Shown piece after piece: positions 1 to 9,455 of a DNA stretch of 51,117 bases (position 1 is its first letter; the number at the start of each line of letters is the position of its first letter). Source of the stretch: Bacteroidales bacterium (GTDB lineage: Bacteria > Bacteroidota > Bacteroidia > Bacteroidales > JAADJA01); assembly GCA_026984135.1 (NCBI GenBank), contig JALSSR010000152.1, forward strand, positions 1-51,117, given 5' to 3'. A program made the translations under genes and the position numbers. Below the pieces are notes generated by a model that made no database searches, was not told where the DNA came from, and was given only the letters and a program-made list of their open reading frames with translations.

Positions 1-1
1 A

Positions 2-385
2 TTTAATTTAATAGGTTCGTTATCAATGCTTATACTGGATAAGAAAAAGGATATTGCAATACTTTACAGTATGGGTGCCGGTGAAAAAACCATTAAACGT
101 ATATTCAGGGTTGAGGGGATGATGATATCGGTTTTTGGTGCACTTACGGGATTGATACTTGGAGCAGCCTTGAGTCTGGCTCAGATAAAATTCGGATTAA
201 TAAAACTGGGTGAAGAAAATGCTTTTATTGTGCCGTATTATCCGGTAAAAATGGAGTTGTTGGATTTTGTATATGTTTTTGCAATAGTGTTGGCAATTGG
301 TTTTTTAACATCCTGGTATCCTGTCAGGCAGATTACAAAACAGTTTCTGAATCAAAGGATAGCGGATTTTACAAAAAATCAGTAA
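2..385 (+). CDS. ABC transporter permease, LolC/E (FtsX-like) family, 5'-truncated by the window edge
   Basis: The frame is open from base 2 (FNLIGSLSMLILDKKKDIAILYSMGA...IFRVEG). This is the conserved LolC/E C-terminal motif, followed by hydrophobic TM segments. Confidence 0.85.
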   Translation, partial: FNLIGSLSMLILDKKKDIAILYSMGAGEKTIKRIFRVEGMMISVFGALTGLILGAALSLAQIKFGLIKLGEENAFIVPYYPVKMELLDFVYVFAIVLAIGFLTSWYPVRQITKQFLNQRIADFTKNQ

Positions 386-459
386 ATGATATCTCAAAAA
401 AAACCGTTTCAGACAACCATTTATATATGATTATTGTCTTGTAAAAGCAAAACGGAAAA

Positions 460-493
460 TTTGTATTAAAGGTCTAATTTTTTTATACTTTTG
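460..493 (+). promoter_or_regulatory. Bacteroidota sigma-A promoter for the C25 protease
   Basis: TTTG at 460-463 and TACTTTTG (TAnnTTTG) at 486-493, 22-nt spacer. Confidence 0.6.
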
Positions 494-545
494 TAAACAT
501 CAAATCGAGAATAAAATCAGAGGTTAATAATTTAATAATTTAGAG

Positions 546-3500
546 ATGAACAAAATTTTATTTACTAAAAAAGCTCAGGTGATTATAATAATGCTTGGGT
601 TTTTATCAACGGCACTCTTTGCCGGAAACATTAATGTGAGCGATAATACAACGGGATTTAAAGTTGTAAATAACAGCTACAATTCGCTCTCGGTAAGAAG
701 CACTTTATCCGACATTAACTTCATTGAAGTTAAAACTAAAGAGGGAAGATTTACTATGTTAACTGTTCCCGATTATTCTTACACAATGAATGAAGGCGAA
801 CCCCGCCTTCCCGTACTTAAGAAGTTGATAGAAGTTCCTGTGGGAGCTACCATTAACGTTTCTTACACTTCAAACTATGTTGTAGTTCGTAAGCTTGCCG
901 ATTACAACATTGATAATTACATTTTGCCTACACAGCCTTCGCTGTCGAAAAGCGATAATCCGGAGGATGTTGTTTTTATTTATGATAAGCAGGCATATAA
1001 AACTGATCAGCTTTACGGGAATGATCTCGTAAAAGTTGTTGACCTTGGAATTATGAGAGGTGTGAGAATGGCAAGAGTGGAGATTGCACCGATTATGTAT
1101 AATCCCGTTCAGGGTAAATTGGTCGTTAACATTGACGTAAATGTGGATATCACTTTTGACGGGGCAAATGTTGCGGCTACAATCCAAAACAAAGAAAAGT
1201 ATTTCTCACCCTATTTCGAGGGTATCTATCAGGAGCTTGTCAATTACAAGCCATTGGACAGCAAAGAATTGATAATGGATGCTCCTCCGACATATATCAT
1301 TGTTTCCGATCCGATGTTTGAGGCTGCTCTGCAACCTTTTGTCCAATGGAAAACAAAAAAAGGATTTAATGTTGTTGAGGCTTATACCGATGATCCTAAT
1401 GTCGGAAACACAAACACTTCAATAAAATCATATCTTGAAGATTTTTACAACAATCCGCCTGCCGGATATACTCCGCAGAGTTTTGTGCTTCTTGTTGGTG
1501 ATGTAGCACAAATACCGCCTTTTAACGGCACTGCAGGAGGTCATGTGACCGATTTGTATTTTTGCGAATATACAGGCGACATTTACCCCGAATGTTATTA
1601 CGGAAGATTCTCAGCCAATAATCTTGCGGAATTACAACCGCAGATTGACAAAACACTTGAATATGAGCAGTATCTTTTCCCGGATCCTTCATTTTTGGAT
1701 GAGGTAGTAATGGTTGCCGGAGCCGATGCATCACACCAGTTAACCTGGGGTAACGGCCAGATTAACTATGGAACAGAAAATTATTTCAATGAAGCTCATG
1801 GAATTCTTTCTCATACCTACTTGCAGCCTGAGCCGGCAGGAGGTAATTACTCACAGGAAATACATCAAAATGTCAGTGACGGTGTGGCTTATGCAAATTA
1901 CACTGCACATTGCAGCCCTAACGGCTGGGCTGACCCGAGTTTCGGTATCGGAGATATTGCAGGCTTGTCAAATGCTCATAAGTATTGCTTAATGGTAGGA
2001 AACTGCTGTTCTTCGGTTGAGTTCCAAACAACCTGTTTTGGTGAGGAGATGCTACGTGCACAGGATAAAGGAGCTCTCGGATATATCGGCGGTTCAAACA
2101 GTACATACTGGGATGAGGACTATTGGTGGGGAGTAGGCTTTGAAGCCATTGAAGCCAACCCCGTTTACGAACCTGACCATCTCGGAGCTTATGACCGTAC
2201 TTTCCACGATCACGGTGAACCTTTGGACGAGTGGTATGTTACACAAGGCCAAATGGTTTCGGCAGGTGACCTTGCCGTCACGCAAGCCGGATCAAATATG
2301 GAAACATATTATTGGGAAATTTATCACCTTATGGGAGACCCCTCATTGATGGTTTATTTCTCTCAACCTCCGGATGCAACAGCTAATTATCAGGGTTTGA
2401 TGCCCCTTGGTTCTGCTACCTTTACTGTTAATACCGATCCTTATGCTCTTGTAGCTATTTCAAAAGACGGAGTTCTTCACGGTGCTGCCGTTGCAGACGA
2501 AACAGGTGTTGCAGAGGTTAATATGTTCGACCCCATTGCCGTTCCCGGAATGGCAGATGTTGTTATAACAGGCCAAAATCTGAAACCTTATATCGGTGAT
2601 GTTGTTGTTCAATCTCCCTCAACCGCTTATATTCTTTTTGATGAAATGAATATTGACGATAGCAACGGAAATAATAACGGGCTTGTTGATTTTTCGGAAT
2701 ATATCCTGCTTGATGTTACTTTGCAGAATCTCGGAACGGTAACCGGAACAAACCTGGTTGCTACATTATCAACTGATGATGAGTATGTTACCGTTGATAC
2801 GGATACTCATAACTGGCCTGATATCTCAGCAAATGCTTCCGTTGAGCAAACAGGAGCATTTGCTTTTACTGTTAATGATATAGTTCCCAATCAGCACATT
2901 GTAATGTTTAACCTTGATGTAACTGACGGTACGGATACATGGTCTTCGACTTTCAGTGTTATCCTTAACTCTCCTGTATTGATTGCGGGAAGTTTTTATA
3001 TTGACGACTCAAACGGAAATAACAACGGCAGGCTTGATCCGGGAGAAAATGCCGATATCATTGTAAGCAATACCAATGACGGTGGTTGTGATGCGTTGAA
3101 CTCCATTGCTTCGGCTATCACAACAAGCGGAATATTGACACTGAACAATACAACCTACGACCTTGAAACCATTGCAAGCGGTGAGACTAAACAGGCCGTT
3201 TTCAACGTAACCGTTGATGCTTCCGCACAGATTGGCGATGTTGTTAATATCAATTATACTCTGGAATCTTCACCATATAGTACAAATGAAGCTATTTCCC
3301 TGACAATAGGATTGCTTGTTGAGGATTTTGAAACCGGCGATTTTACGGCATACGACTGGTCGTTTGCCGGTGATGCAGACTGGGTTATTGATAATGCTGT
3401 TTATTATGAGGGCGATTACAGTGCAAAATCGGGAAATATTGTTGATGATCAGACCTCATCACTTGTGATTACTCTTGAAGTATCAACTGACGATCAGATA

Positions 3501-4469
3501 TCATTTTACAGAAAAGTTTCTTCGGAATCAAACTATGACTTTTTGAGATTTTATATTGACGGTGTTCAACAAGCCGAGTGGAGTGGTGAGGTTGACTGGG
3601 AAGAAGTATCGTATCCGGTTACTGCCGGTGATCATACTTTCACCTGGTCGTATGAGAAAGATTACTCCGTATCAAGTGGTGATGACTGCGCTTGGGTTGA
3701 TTTTATCGTATTTCCGTCATTTGGCGGTGCTGCTCCTCTTGCTGTAGCTGCTTCGGCTAATCCTGCCGAAATATGTGCAGGTGAAAGTTCACAGCTAAAT
3801 GCATTTGCAACCGGCGGCTCGGGTAATTATACTTATCAGTGGTCACCTGCAACCGGTTTGAACGATCCGAATATACAAAATCCCGTTGCCACTCCGGACG
3901 AAACAACCGTTTATTCGGTTATTGTTAATGACGGAAGCGACGAAGTTACCGGAGAAGTTACACTTACGGTTAACCCTGTTCCCGAAACACCGACAGTTAC
4001 ACAGCAGGAAAGTATGCTTGTTTCAAGTGCCGAAGAGGGAAATCAATGGTATGACTCCAACGGAGCTATCGAAGGTGCCACGGGACAAACTTACACTCCA
4101 ATGGCAACGGACGATTACTACGTGATAGTTACCAATGAGTTCGGATGCGAGTCGGAGCAATCAAATGTTTATCATTTTATTTATACCGGTGTAATTGAAA
4201 TATCAAGTAATGATAATGTCCTTATTTATCCTAATCCGTTCCTTGATCAGTTTACCGTTGACTACTCTCTGAAAACAGTATCTAAAGTTACAATTACGGT
4301 TTATGATACTTACGGAAGACAAGTTGCAACGGTTAAAAGTGATAATGATGAGACGGCAGGAAATCACAGGGTGATTTTCAATACGGAAAAATTTAATCCA
4401 GGTATCTATTTTTGCAGAATTGAAACCAGCGACTATACGGTTATTAAACGTATAGTACAGTCTAAATAA
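546..4469 (+). CDS. C25 family (gingipain-like) cysteine peptidase with propeptide, Ig-like repeats and T9SS C-terminal domain
   Basis: Signal peptide; C25 motifs (LLVGD, YGRFSA, YTAHC, GNCC, YHLMGDP); DDSNGNNNG repeats; CTD IYPNPF...GIYFCRI...IKRIVQSK. Confidence 0.9.
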   Translation: MNKILFTKKAQVIIIMLGFLSTALFAGNINVSDNTTGFKVVNNSYNSLSVRSTLSDINFIEVKTKEGRFTMLTVPDYSYTMNEGEPRLPVLKKLIEVPVGATINVSYTSNYVVVRKLADYNIDNYILPTQPSLSKSDNPEDVVFIYDKQAYKTDQLYGNDLVKVVDLGIMRGVRMARVEIAPIMYNPVQGKLVVNIDVNVDITFDGANVAATIQNKEKYFSPYFEGIYQELVNYKPLDSKELIMDAPPTYIIVSDPMFEAALQPFVQWKTKKGFNVVEAYTDDPNVGNTNTSIKSYLEDFYNNPPAGYTPQSFVLLVGDVAQIPPFNGTAGGHVTDLYFCEYTGDIYPECYYGRFSANNLAELQPQIDKTLEYEQYLFPDPSFLDEVVMVAGADASHQLTWGNGQINYGTENYFNEAHGILSHTYLQPEPAGGNYSQEIHQNVSDGVAYANYTAHCSPNGWADPSFGIGDIAGLSNAHKYCLMVGNCCSSVEFQTTCFGEEMLRAQDKGALGYIGGSNSTYWDEDYWWGVGFEAIEANPVYEPDHLGAYDRTFHDHGEPLDEWYVTQGQMVSAGDLAVTQAGSNMETYYWEIYHLMGDPSLMVYFSQPPDATANYQGLMPLGSATFTVNTDPYALVAISKDGVLHGAAVADETGVAEVNMFDPIAVPGMADVVITGQNLKPYIGDVVVQSPSTAYILFDEMNIDDSNGNNNGLVDFSEYILLDVTLQNLGTVTGTNLVATLSTDDEYVTVDTDTHNWPDISANASVEQTGAFAFTVNDIVPNQHIVMFNLDVTDGTDTWSSTFSVILNSPVLIAGSFYIDDSNGNNNGRLDPGENADIIVSNTNDGGCDALNSIASAITTSGILTLNNTTYDLETIASGETKQAVFNVTVDASAQIGDVVNINYTLESSPYSTNEAISLTIGLLVEDFETGDFTAYDWSFAGDADWVIDNAVYYEGDYSAKSGNIVDDQTSSLVITLEVSTDDQISFYRKVSSESNYDFLRFYIDGVQQAEWSGEVDWEEVSYPVTAGDHTFTWSYEKDYSVSSGDDCAWVDFIVFPSFGGAAPLAVAASANPAEICAGESSQLNAFATGGSGNYTYQWSPATGLNDPNIQNPVATPDETTVYSVIVNDGSDEVTGEVTLTVNPVPETPTVTQQESMLVSSAEEGNQWYDSNGAIEGATGQTYTPMATDDYYVIVTNEFGCESEQSNVYHFIYTGVIEISSNDNVLIYPNPFLDQFTVDYSLKTVSKVTITVYDTYGRQVATVKSDNDETAGNHRVIFNTEKFNPGIYFCRIETSDYTVIKRIVQSK

Positions 4470-4477
4470 TTAAATAT

Positions 4478-4504
4478 GGAATCCCCCGAAAACCGGGGGA
4501 TTCC
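4478..4504 (+). terminator. Hairpin between the two C25 genes (terminator or RNA-stability element)
   Basis: GGAATCCCCC-gaaaacc-GGGGGATTCC, a perfect 10-bp stem; the U-tract is weak. Confidence 0.65.
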
Positions 4505-4537
4505 TTATATTGAAATCCAATTTAAAATATTAGAAAA

Positions 4538-7500
4538 ATGAAAAAGTTAATTGTAGCAATTGCATTGCTAATAACTACCGGTTTGTTTGCCGGAAACGGT
4601 TATGAAGCAACATTCGAGCAACCTGAAAATGGTATTTATCAGGTGAATTTTACAATAGGTAATTATGATTTGACTGAGGTTGCATTTGATGGTGTAACCT
4701 ATTCAAAGATAATTTTTGACGGAAGTGTGCATACAAATATGAAAGGTTTTGCAGAACTTCCTTTCGTCAGTGCATCGGTTATGTTATCACCGGATAAAAA
4801 TGTTTCATTGAAGGTGATTTCATCGGATTATGTGGATATTGACCTTGAGAACCCTATGCTTCCTTCAAGAGGTGTTATTTACAGGGATCAGGACCCTTCG
4901 GCAATACCTTATGAAATAAGTCCGTCTTCATTACGGGATAATTGGTATCCCCAAAATCTGGCAAGGAACACAGCACCGTTTATCATTAAAGATATAAGAG
5001 GTACTTCCGTTTATGTTTATCCTTTCAGATATAATGCCGTACAAAATAAGTTACGTATATATAAATCCGTAACGGTTCAACTGATTGAAAATGAAACTCA
5101 ACCGGTTAATCCTCTTGCCAAAAAACCTTCAAAAATATTACGTGAGATGGACGGGATTTATTCTTCACTCTTTATCAATTATTCCGAAAATAAGGATGAC
5201 CTTACAATAGGACAATTCGGAGATATTTTGGTAATATGCACCGACAGGGATGAGAATGCCATTCAGCCTTATATTCAGTGGAAAAGAGAAAAAGGTTATA
5301 ATGTTTCGTTGGAAGTTGTGGCAACGGGAACAAATGTAAAAACACTTGTTCAAAATGCTTATGATGCAAATAACGATTTGCTTTATGTTCAATTGGTGGG
5401 CGATTGGGCGGATATAAAATGTGATGTGTTAAACGGCTCTTCTCCAATGGACCCCCAACTTGGCTGTGTTGTCGGAAATGATGAAGTTGCGGATATTACA
5501 GTTGGAAGGATATCCTCAAATTCACCTTCGGATGTTACGGTTCAGATTGATAAAATCATTAACTATGAAAAAAATCCCGATATCGGAGCAAGCTGGTATA
5601 GCGCTGCTATAGGAATTGGGTCGGATCAGGGGCCCGGTGACGACGGTGAACTTGACAAGGAGCATATTCAGGTGATATGGGATGATAAGCTTGATCCTTT
5701 TACCTACGAAACATATTCCCCGATTTATGATCCTTCCGCATCCGCGGCAATGGTGTCCACTGCCGTTAATGACGGTGCCGGTATAGTCAACTATTGCGGA
5801 CATGGTTCTCCGACTTCCTGGGGAACAACGGGTTTCAGCAACAATGACGTTTCTGCACTTACAAATGGAGATAAATTACCCATAATCTTTTCCGTTGCTT
5901 GCAATAACGGTAATTTTCAGGATCCGGGCGACTGTTTCGGTGAAGCCTGGTTAAAGAAAGAAAACGGAGGAGCCGTTATGTTTCTCGGAGCTACTATTAG
6001 CCAGCCATGGGACCCACCTATGCGGGGCGAAGACTATTTTGACGATATTCTTACGGGTGGATACGATTACTCCCAGCATCCGGATCAAAACGGAATTTCT
6101 ACGGACGAGGGTAGAACGACTATAGGTGCAATTGTGTTTAACGGTTTTGTATTAATGACTACGGAATCCAACGGGGCAAGCGATTGGGAAACGGCCAAGA
6201 CCTGGACTATTTTCGGAGATGCCTCTATGCAACCGCGTACGGATATACCCGGTGCAATTACTCTTTCAAATGAAACGGTAATGGCCGGTATTCCTTATAC
6301 TACAACGGTAAGTGGTCCCGATGGACCTGTTGAAGGGGCAATGGTTTGTATTTCAAACGGAACGGATTACTTTTCAGGTGTTACGGATGCAAGCGGAAGT
6401 GTCTCAATAAATCATACTTTGGTTCCGGGTGCGGCAAAGAGGGTAGTAACGGGCTTTAATCTCGAAATCGTTTATGAAGATATTACGGTTGCATCTTCAA
6501 ATACACCCTGGATTGTTGCAGGCGATTGTGTGATTGACGATTCCAACGGGAACAACAACGGACAGGCCGATTACGGTGAATCCGTATTGCTTAATGTTAC
6601 AGCTGAAAATGTCGGAACGGTTGCCGCTTCGGGAATTAATGCTGTAATTACTTCTACCGATCCTTTTATCACAATTACGGATGATTCATTCTCGTACGGT
6701 GATATTGCCGGTGGCCAGACCGTTAGCGGCGACGGTGCGTTTGCCGTTACAATTGCGGGCGATGCTCCCGATAATTATAATGCTGTTATTGATATTGAAT
6801 TTACCGACGGAAATAAAGATTCATGGACATCTTCATTTACAATTGATTTACATGCTCCTGTTATGGAAATGGGAAATTATACAATTGATGATGCTTCCGG
6901 CAACGGAAACGGAAATATTGACCCGGGCGAAACCGTTGAAATTACAATACCCGTTTTAAACTCCGGTTCTTCGGATGCTTATTCCGTTGTCGGTGAGCTT
7001 GTATGTAATGATGCTTATATTACAATTGCAAACGCTTCCCAAAATTACGGAGATATAAATGCTGCCGGACAAGCACAGGCAGTCTTTACCGTAACGGCTG
7101 AAGCAGTTACTCCTGTGGGACATCAGGTTACTTTTGATTTTGAAATTTCCGCCGATTTGATCACTTCCGTACAGGAATCTTTTGATTTGGTGATTGGCCA
7201 GATACCTGTAGTTGTAATTGACCTTGACGGTAATACCAATTCGGGGCCTGCTATGGTTGATGCTATGGCAAATAATGGTGTTGCAGCCGAATATGTTGCA
7301 TCCTTTCCCGATGATCTGAATTTGTATTCTTCGGTATTTCTGTGTCTTGGTGTTTATCCTGATAATCATACTCTTACGGATAGTGAAGGGCAGTCTCTGG
7401 CAGACTATCTAAATGCAGGCGGTAACCTTTATATGGAAGGTGGAGATACCTGGTTTTACGATCCGCAAACAGTTGTCCATCCTATGTTCAGCATTGATCC

Positions 7501-8605
7501 GCAAGCAGACGGTTCGGGTGACTTATCAACAATAGCCGGGAAAACGGGAACGTTTACCGAAGGAATGTCCTTCGGTTATGGAGGTGATAACAACTGGATT
7601 GACCAGATTGGTGCGTCAAATTCCGCCTTTGTTATTCTTGAAAATCAGGCTCCGGTTTACGGTACCGGGGTTGCTTACGATCAGGGAACATATAAAACAA
7701 TAGGTGCTTCTCATGAGTTTGGAGGGCTTGATGACGGTGCATCACCTTCAACTAAGGATGAATTGATGAATGAATACCTTGTATTCTTCGGGATTGGCGG
7801 TTCCGAGTTACAGGCATACTTCTCTGCCGACGACCCGGTTGTTTGTGAAGGAGGAACAGTTACATTCAGTGATTTGTCAACCGGAGGTGCCACTTCCTGG
7901 AGTTGGGAATTCCCGGGTGGTGACCCCGCTACTTCAACGGAGCAAAATCCTGTTGTCACTTATAACACTGTTGGAGTTTATGATGTTACATTAACAATTT
8001 CCGACGGTACTAATACAAACTCATACACAAAAGACAATTACATAAATGTTGTAGTGGCACCTGAGGCTCCTGCAGCTCCACAAGGTGATGCCGACGTTTG
8101 TACAAACTTTGTTATGACATCGGAATATACAACAACCGGAGTTGCGGGTGCTGATTCGTATGTGTGGATGATTACACCTGCCGATGCCGGAACTATATCG
8201 GGAACGGAAACAACCGGAACAGTTGAATGGACAGATAGTTGGGAAGGAACTGCAACAATAACGGTTAAAGGTGTTAACGCTTGCGGCGAAGGAGTTTCCT
8301 CCGAAGGTTTTGACGTTGTTTGTTCAATTTGCACGGGTATTGACGAAATCGGACTTAATGAGGTTTCGGTTTATCCCAATCCGGGCAACGGTCTTTTTAC
8401 TGTCGAGATAAGCGGTTTAAATAGTAAAGACCTTTCTATAAAAGTTCTAAACACTCTGGGAGCGATAGTCTATGATCAGGTAGGAATTGAAACATCTGCC
8501 AACTATAAAACGACAATTGACCTAAGTGAATTGAACAAAGGAGTATATTTCCTTGTTATTAATGGAAACGAGGGTAAAGTTATAAAAAGAATAATTATCC
8601 AATAG
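4538..8605 (+). CDS. C25 family cysteine peptidase with propeptide, PKD domain and T9SS CTD
   Basis: YCGHG (His422) and SVAC (Cys455) give the 33-residue dyad spacing of RgpB; TIFGDASM; PKD motif SWSWEFPGGDP; CTD VYPNPG...GVYFLVI...KRIIIQ. Confidence 0.9.
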   Translation: MKKLIVAIALLITTGLFAGNGYEATFEQPENGIYQVNFTIGNYDLTEVAFDGVTYSKIIFDGSVHTNMKGFAELPFVSASVMLSPDKNVSLKVISSDYVDIDLENPMLPSRGVIYRDQDPSAIPYEISPSSLRDNWYPQNLARNTAPFIIKDIRGTSVYVYPFRYNAVQNKLRIYKSVTVQLIENETQPVNPLAKKPSKILREMDGIYSSLFINYSENKDDLTIGQFGDILVICTDRDENAIQPYIQWKREKGYNVSLEVVATGTNVKTLVQNAYDANNDLLYVQLVGDWADIKCDVLNGSSPMDPQLGCVVGNDEVADITVGRISSNSPSDVTVQIDKIINYEKNPDIGASWYSAAIGIGSDQGPGDDGELDKEHIQVIWDDKLDPFTYETYSPIYDPSASAAMVSTAVNDGAGIVNYCGHGSPTSWGTTGFSNNDVSALTNGDKLPIIFSVACNNGNFQDPGDCFGEAWLKKENGGAVMFLGATISQPWDPPMRGEDYFDDILTGGYDYSQHPDQNGISTDEGRTTIGAIVFNGFVLMTTESNGASDWETAKTWTIFGDASMQPRTDIPGAITLSNETVMAGIPYTTTVSGPDGPVEGAMVCISNGTDYFSGVTDASGSVSINHTLVPGAAKRVVTGFNLEIVYEDITVASSNTPWIVAGDCVIDDSNGNNNGQADYGESVLLNVTAENVGTVAASGINAVITSTDPFITITDDSFSYGDIAGGQTVSGDGAFAVTIAGDAPDNYNAVIDIEFTDGNKDSWTSSFTIDLHAPVMEMGNYTIDDASGNGNGNIDPGETVEITIPVLNSGSSDAYSVVGELVCNDAYITIANASQNYGDINAAGQAQAVFTVTAEAVTPVGHQVTFDFEISADLITSVQESFDLVIGQIPVVVIDLDGNTNSGPAMVDAMANNGVAAEYVASFPDDLNLYSSVFLCLGVYPDNHTLTDSEGQSLADYLNAGGNLYMEGGDTWFYDPQTVVHPMFSIDPQADGSGDLSTIAGKTGTFTEGMSFGYGGDNNWIDQIGASNSAFVILENQAPVYGTGVAYDQGTYKTIGASHEFGGLDDGASPSTKDELMNEYLVFFGIGGSELQAYFSADDPVVCEGGTVTFSDLSTGGATSWSWEFPGGDPATSTEQNPVVTYNTVGVYDVTLTISDGTNTNSYTKDNYINVVVAPEAPAAPQGDADVCTNFVMTSEYTTTGVAGADSYVWMITPADAGTISGTETTGTVEWTDSWEGTATITVKGVNACGEGVSSEGFDVVCSICTGIDEIGLNEVSVYPNPGNGLFTVEISGLNSKDLSIKVLNTLGAIVYDQVGIETSANYKTTIDLSELNKGVYFLVINGNEGKVIKRIIIQ

Positions 8606-8630
8606 ATTGTCGGAAATTTGGGTATTTAAG

Positions 8631-8659
8631 AAAAGCCTCCTTTCGGGGAGGCTTTTTTT
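8631..8659. terminator. Bidirectional rho-independent terminator between the C25 gene and lptB
   Basis: AAAAGCCTCC-tttcgg-GGAGGCTTTT with A and T runs on both sides, between convergent genes. Confidence 0.9.
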
Positions 8660-8662
8660 ATT

Positions 8663-9400
8663 TTATTGCCGTCTTAATTCAAAGTTCTTTCCAAGATAAA
8701 CCCGTCTGACATGTTCATCCTCCGCAAGTTCTTCGGCAGTACCTGCTTTCAATATGGAACCTTCAAAAAGCAAATAGGCTCTGTCGGTAATTGTCAGAGT
8801 TTCGTGTACGTTGTGGTCGGTGATGAGCACACCTATGTTTTTTTCTTTCAATTTTGAGACAATAGTCTGAATATCCTCAACTGCAATGGGGTCAACACCT
8901 GCAAAAGGTTCATCAAGTAGGATGAATTTCGGGTCAACGGCCAGGGCTCTTGCTATTTCCGTTCTTCTTCTTTCACCACCCGATAATTGAATTCCCATAC
9001 TTTTTCTGACATGTCCCAATCCAAACTCACTAATAAGCGATTCCAACCTGTCTTTCTGTTCACTCCTTGAAAGCTTTGTAAATTCCAGAACCGCCTTAAG
9101 ATTATCTTCCACCGAAAGTTTACGAAATACCGAAGCTTCCTGCGGCAGATATCCTATACCTTTTTGAGCTCGCTTGTACATTGGCTCTTTAGTGATGTCA
9201 ATATCATTCAGAAAAATTTTGCCCGATAGAGGTTTTATCAGCCCGACAATCATATAAAATGTAGTTGTTTTTCCTGCACCGTTCGGGCCAAGCAGCCCTA
9301 CTATCTCTCCCTGGTTAACACTGACGGAAACACCTTTTACAACTGTGCGATGACGATATTTTTTTACAAGTTTCTCAGTTTTGAGTATCATATTAAACAA
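8663..9400 (-). CDS. lptB: LPS export ABC transporter ATP-binding protein LptB
   Basis: GPNGAGKTT Walker A, LSGGERRR signature, [11 protein letters not shown], and C-terminal VRRVYLG..F. Confidence 0.95.
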   Translation of the reverse strand: MFNMILKTEKLVKKYRHRTVVKGVSVSVNQGEIVGLLGPNGAGKTTTFYMIVGLIKPLSGKIFLNDIDITKEPMYKRAQKGIGYLPQEASVFRKLSVEDNLKAVLEFTKLSRSEQKDRLESLISEFGLGHVRKSMGIQLSGGERRRTEIARALAVDPKFILLDEPFAGVDPIAVEDIQTIVSKLKEKNIGVLITDHNVHETLTITDRAYLLFEGSILKAGTAEELAEDEHVRRVYLGKNFELRRQ

Positions 9401-9455
9401 TTTGCCACAAAAAAGGTTGGATTAAAACATTATTGATGCAAAGGTACGTTAATTT

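Noticed and set aside
2650-6920. DDSNGNNNG nucleotide repeats as a DGR template or mobile repeat
   Set aside because: The AAC/AAT-rich runs are in-frame coding motifs of probable Ca-binding loops inside the C25 proteases and do not align with the FISUMP variable region.
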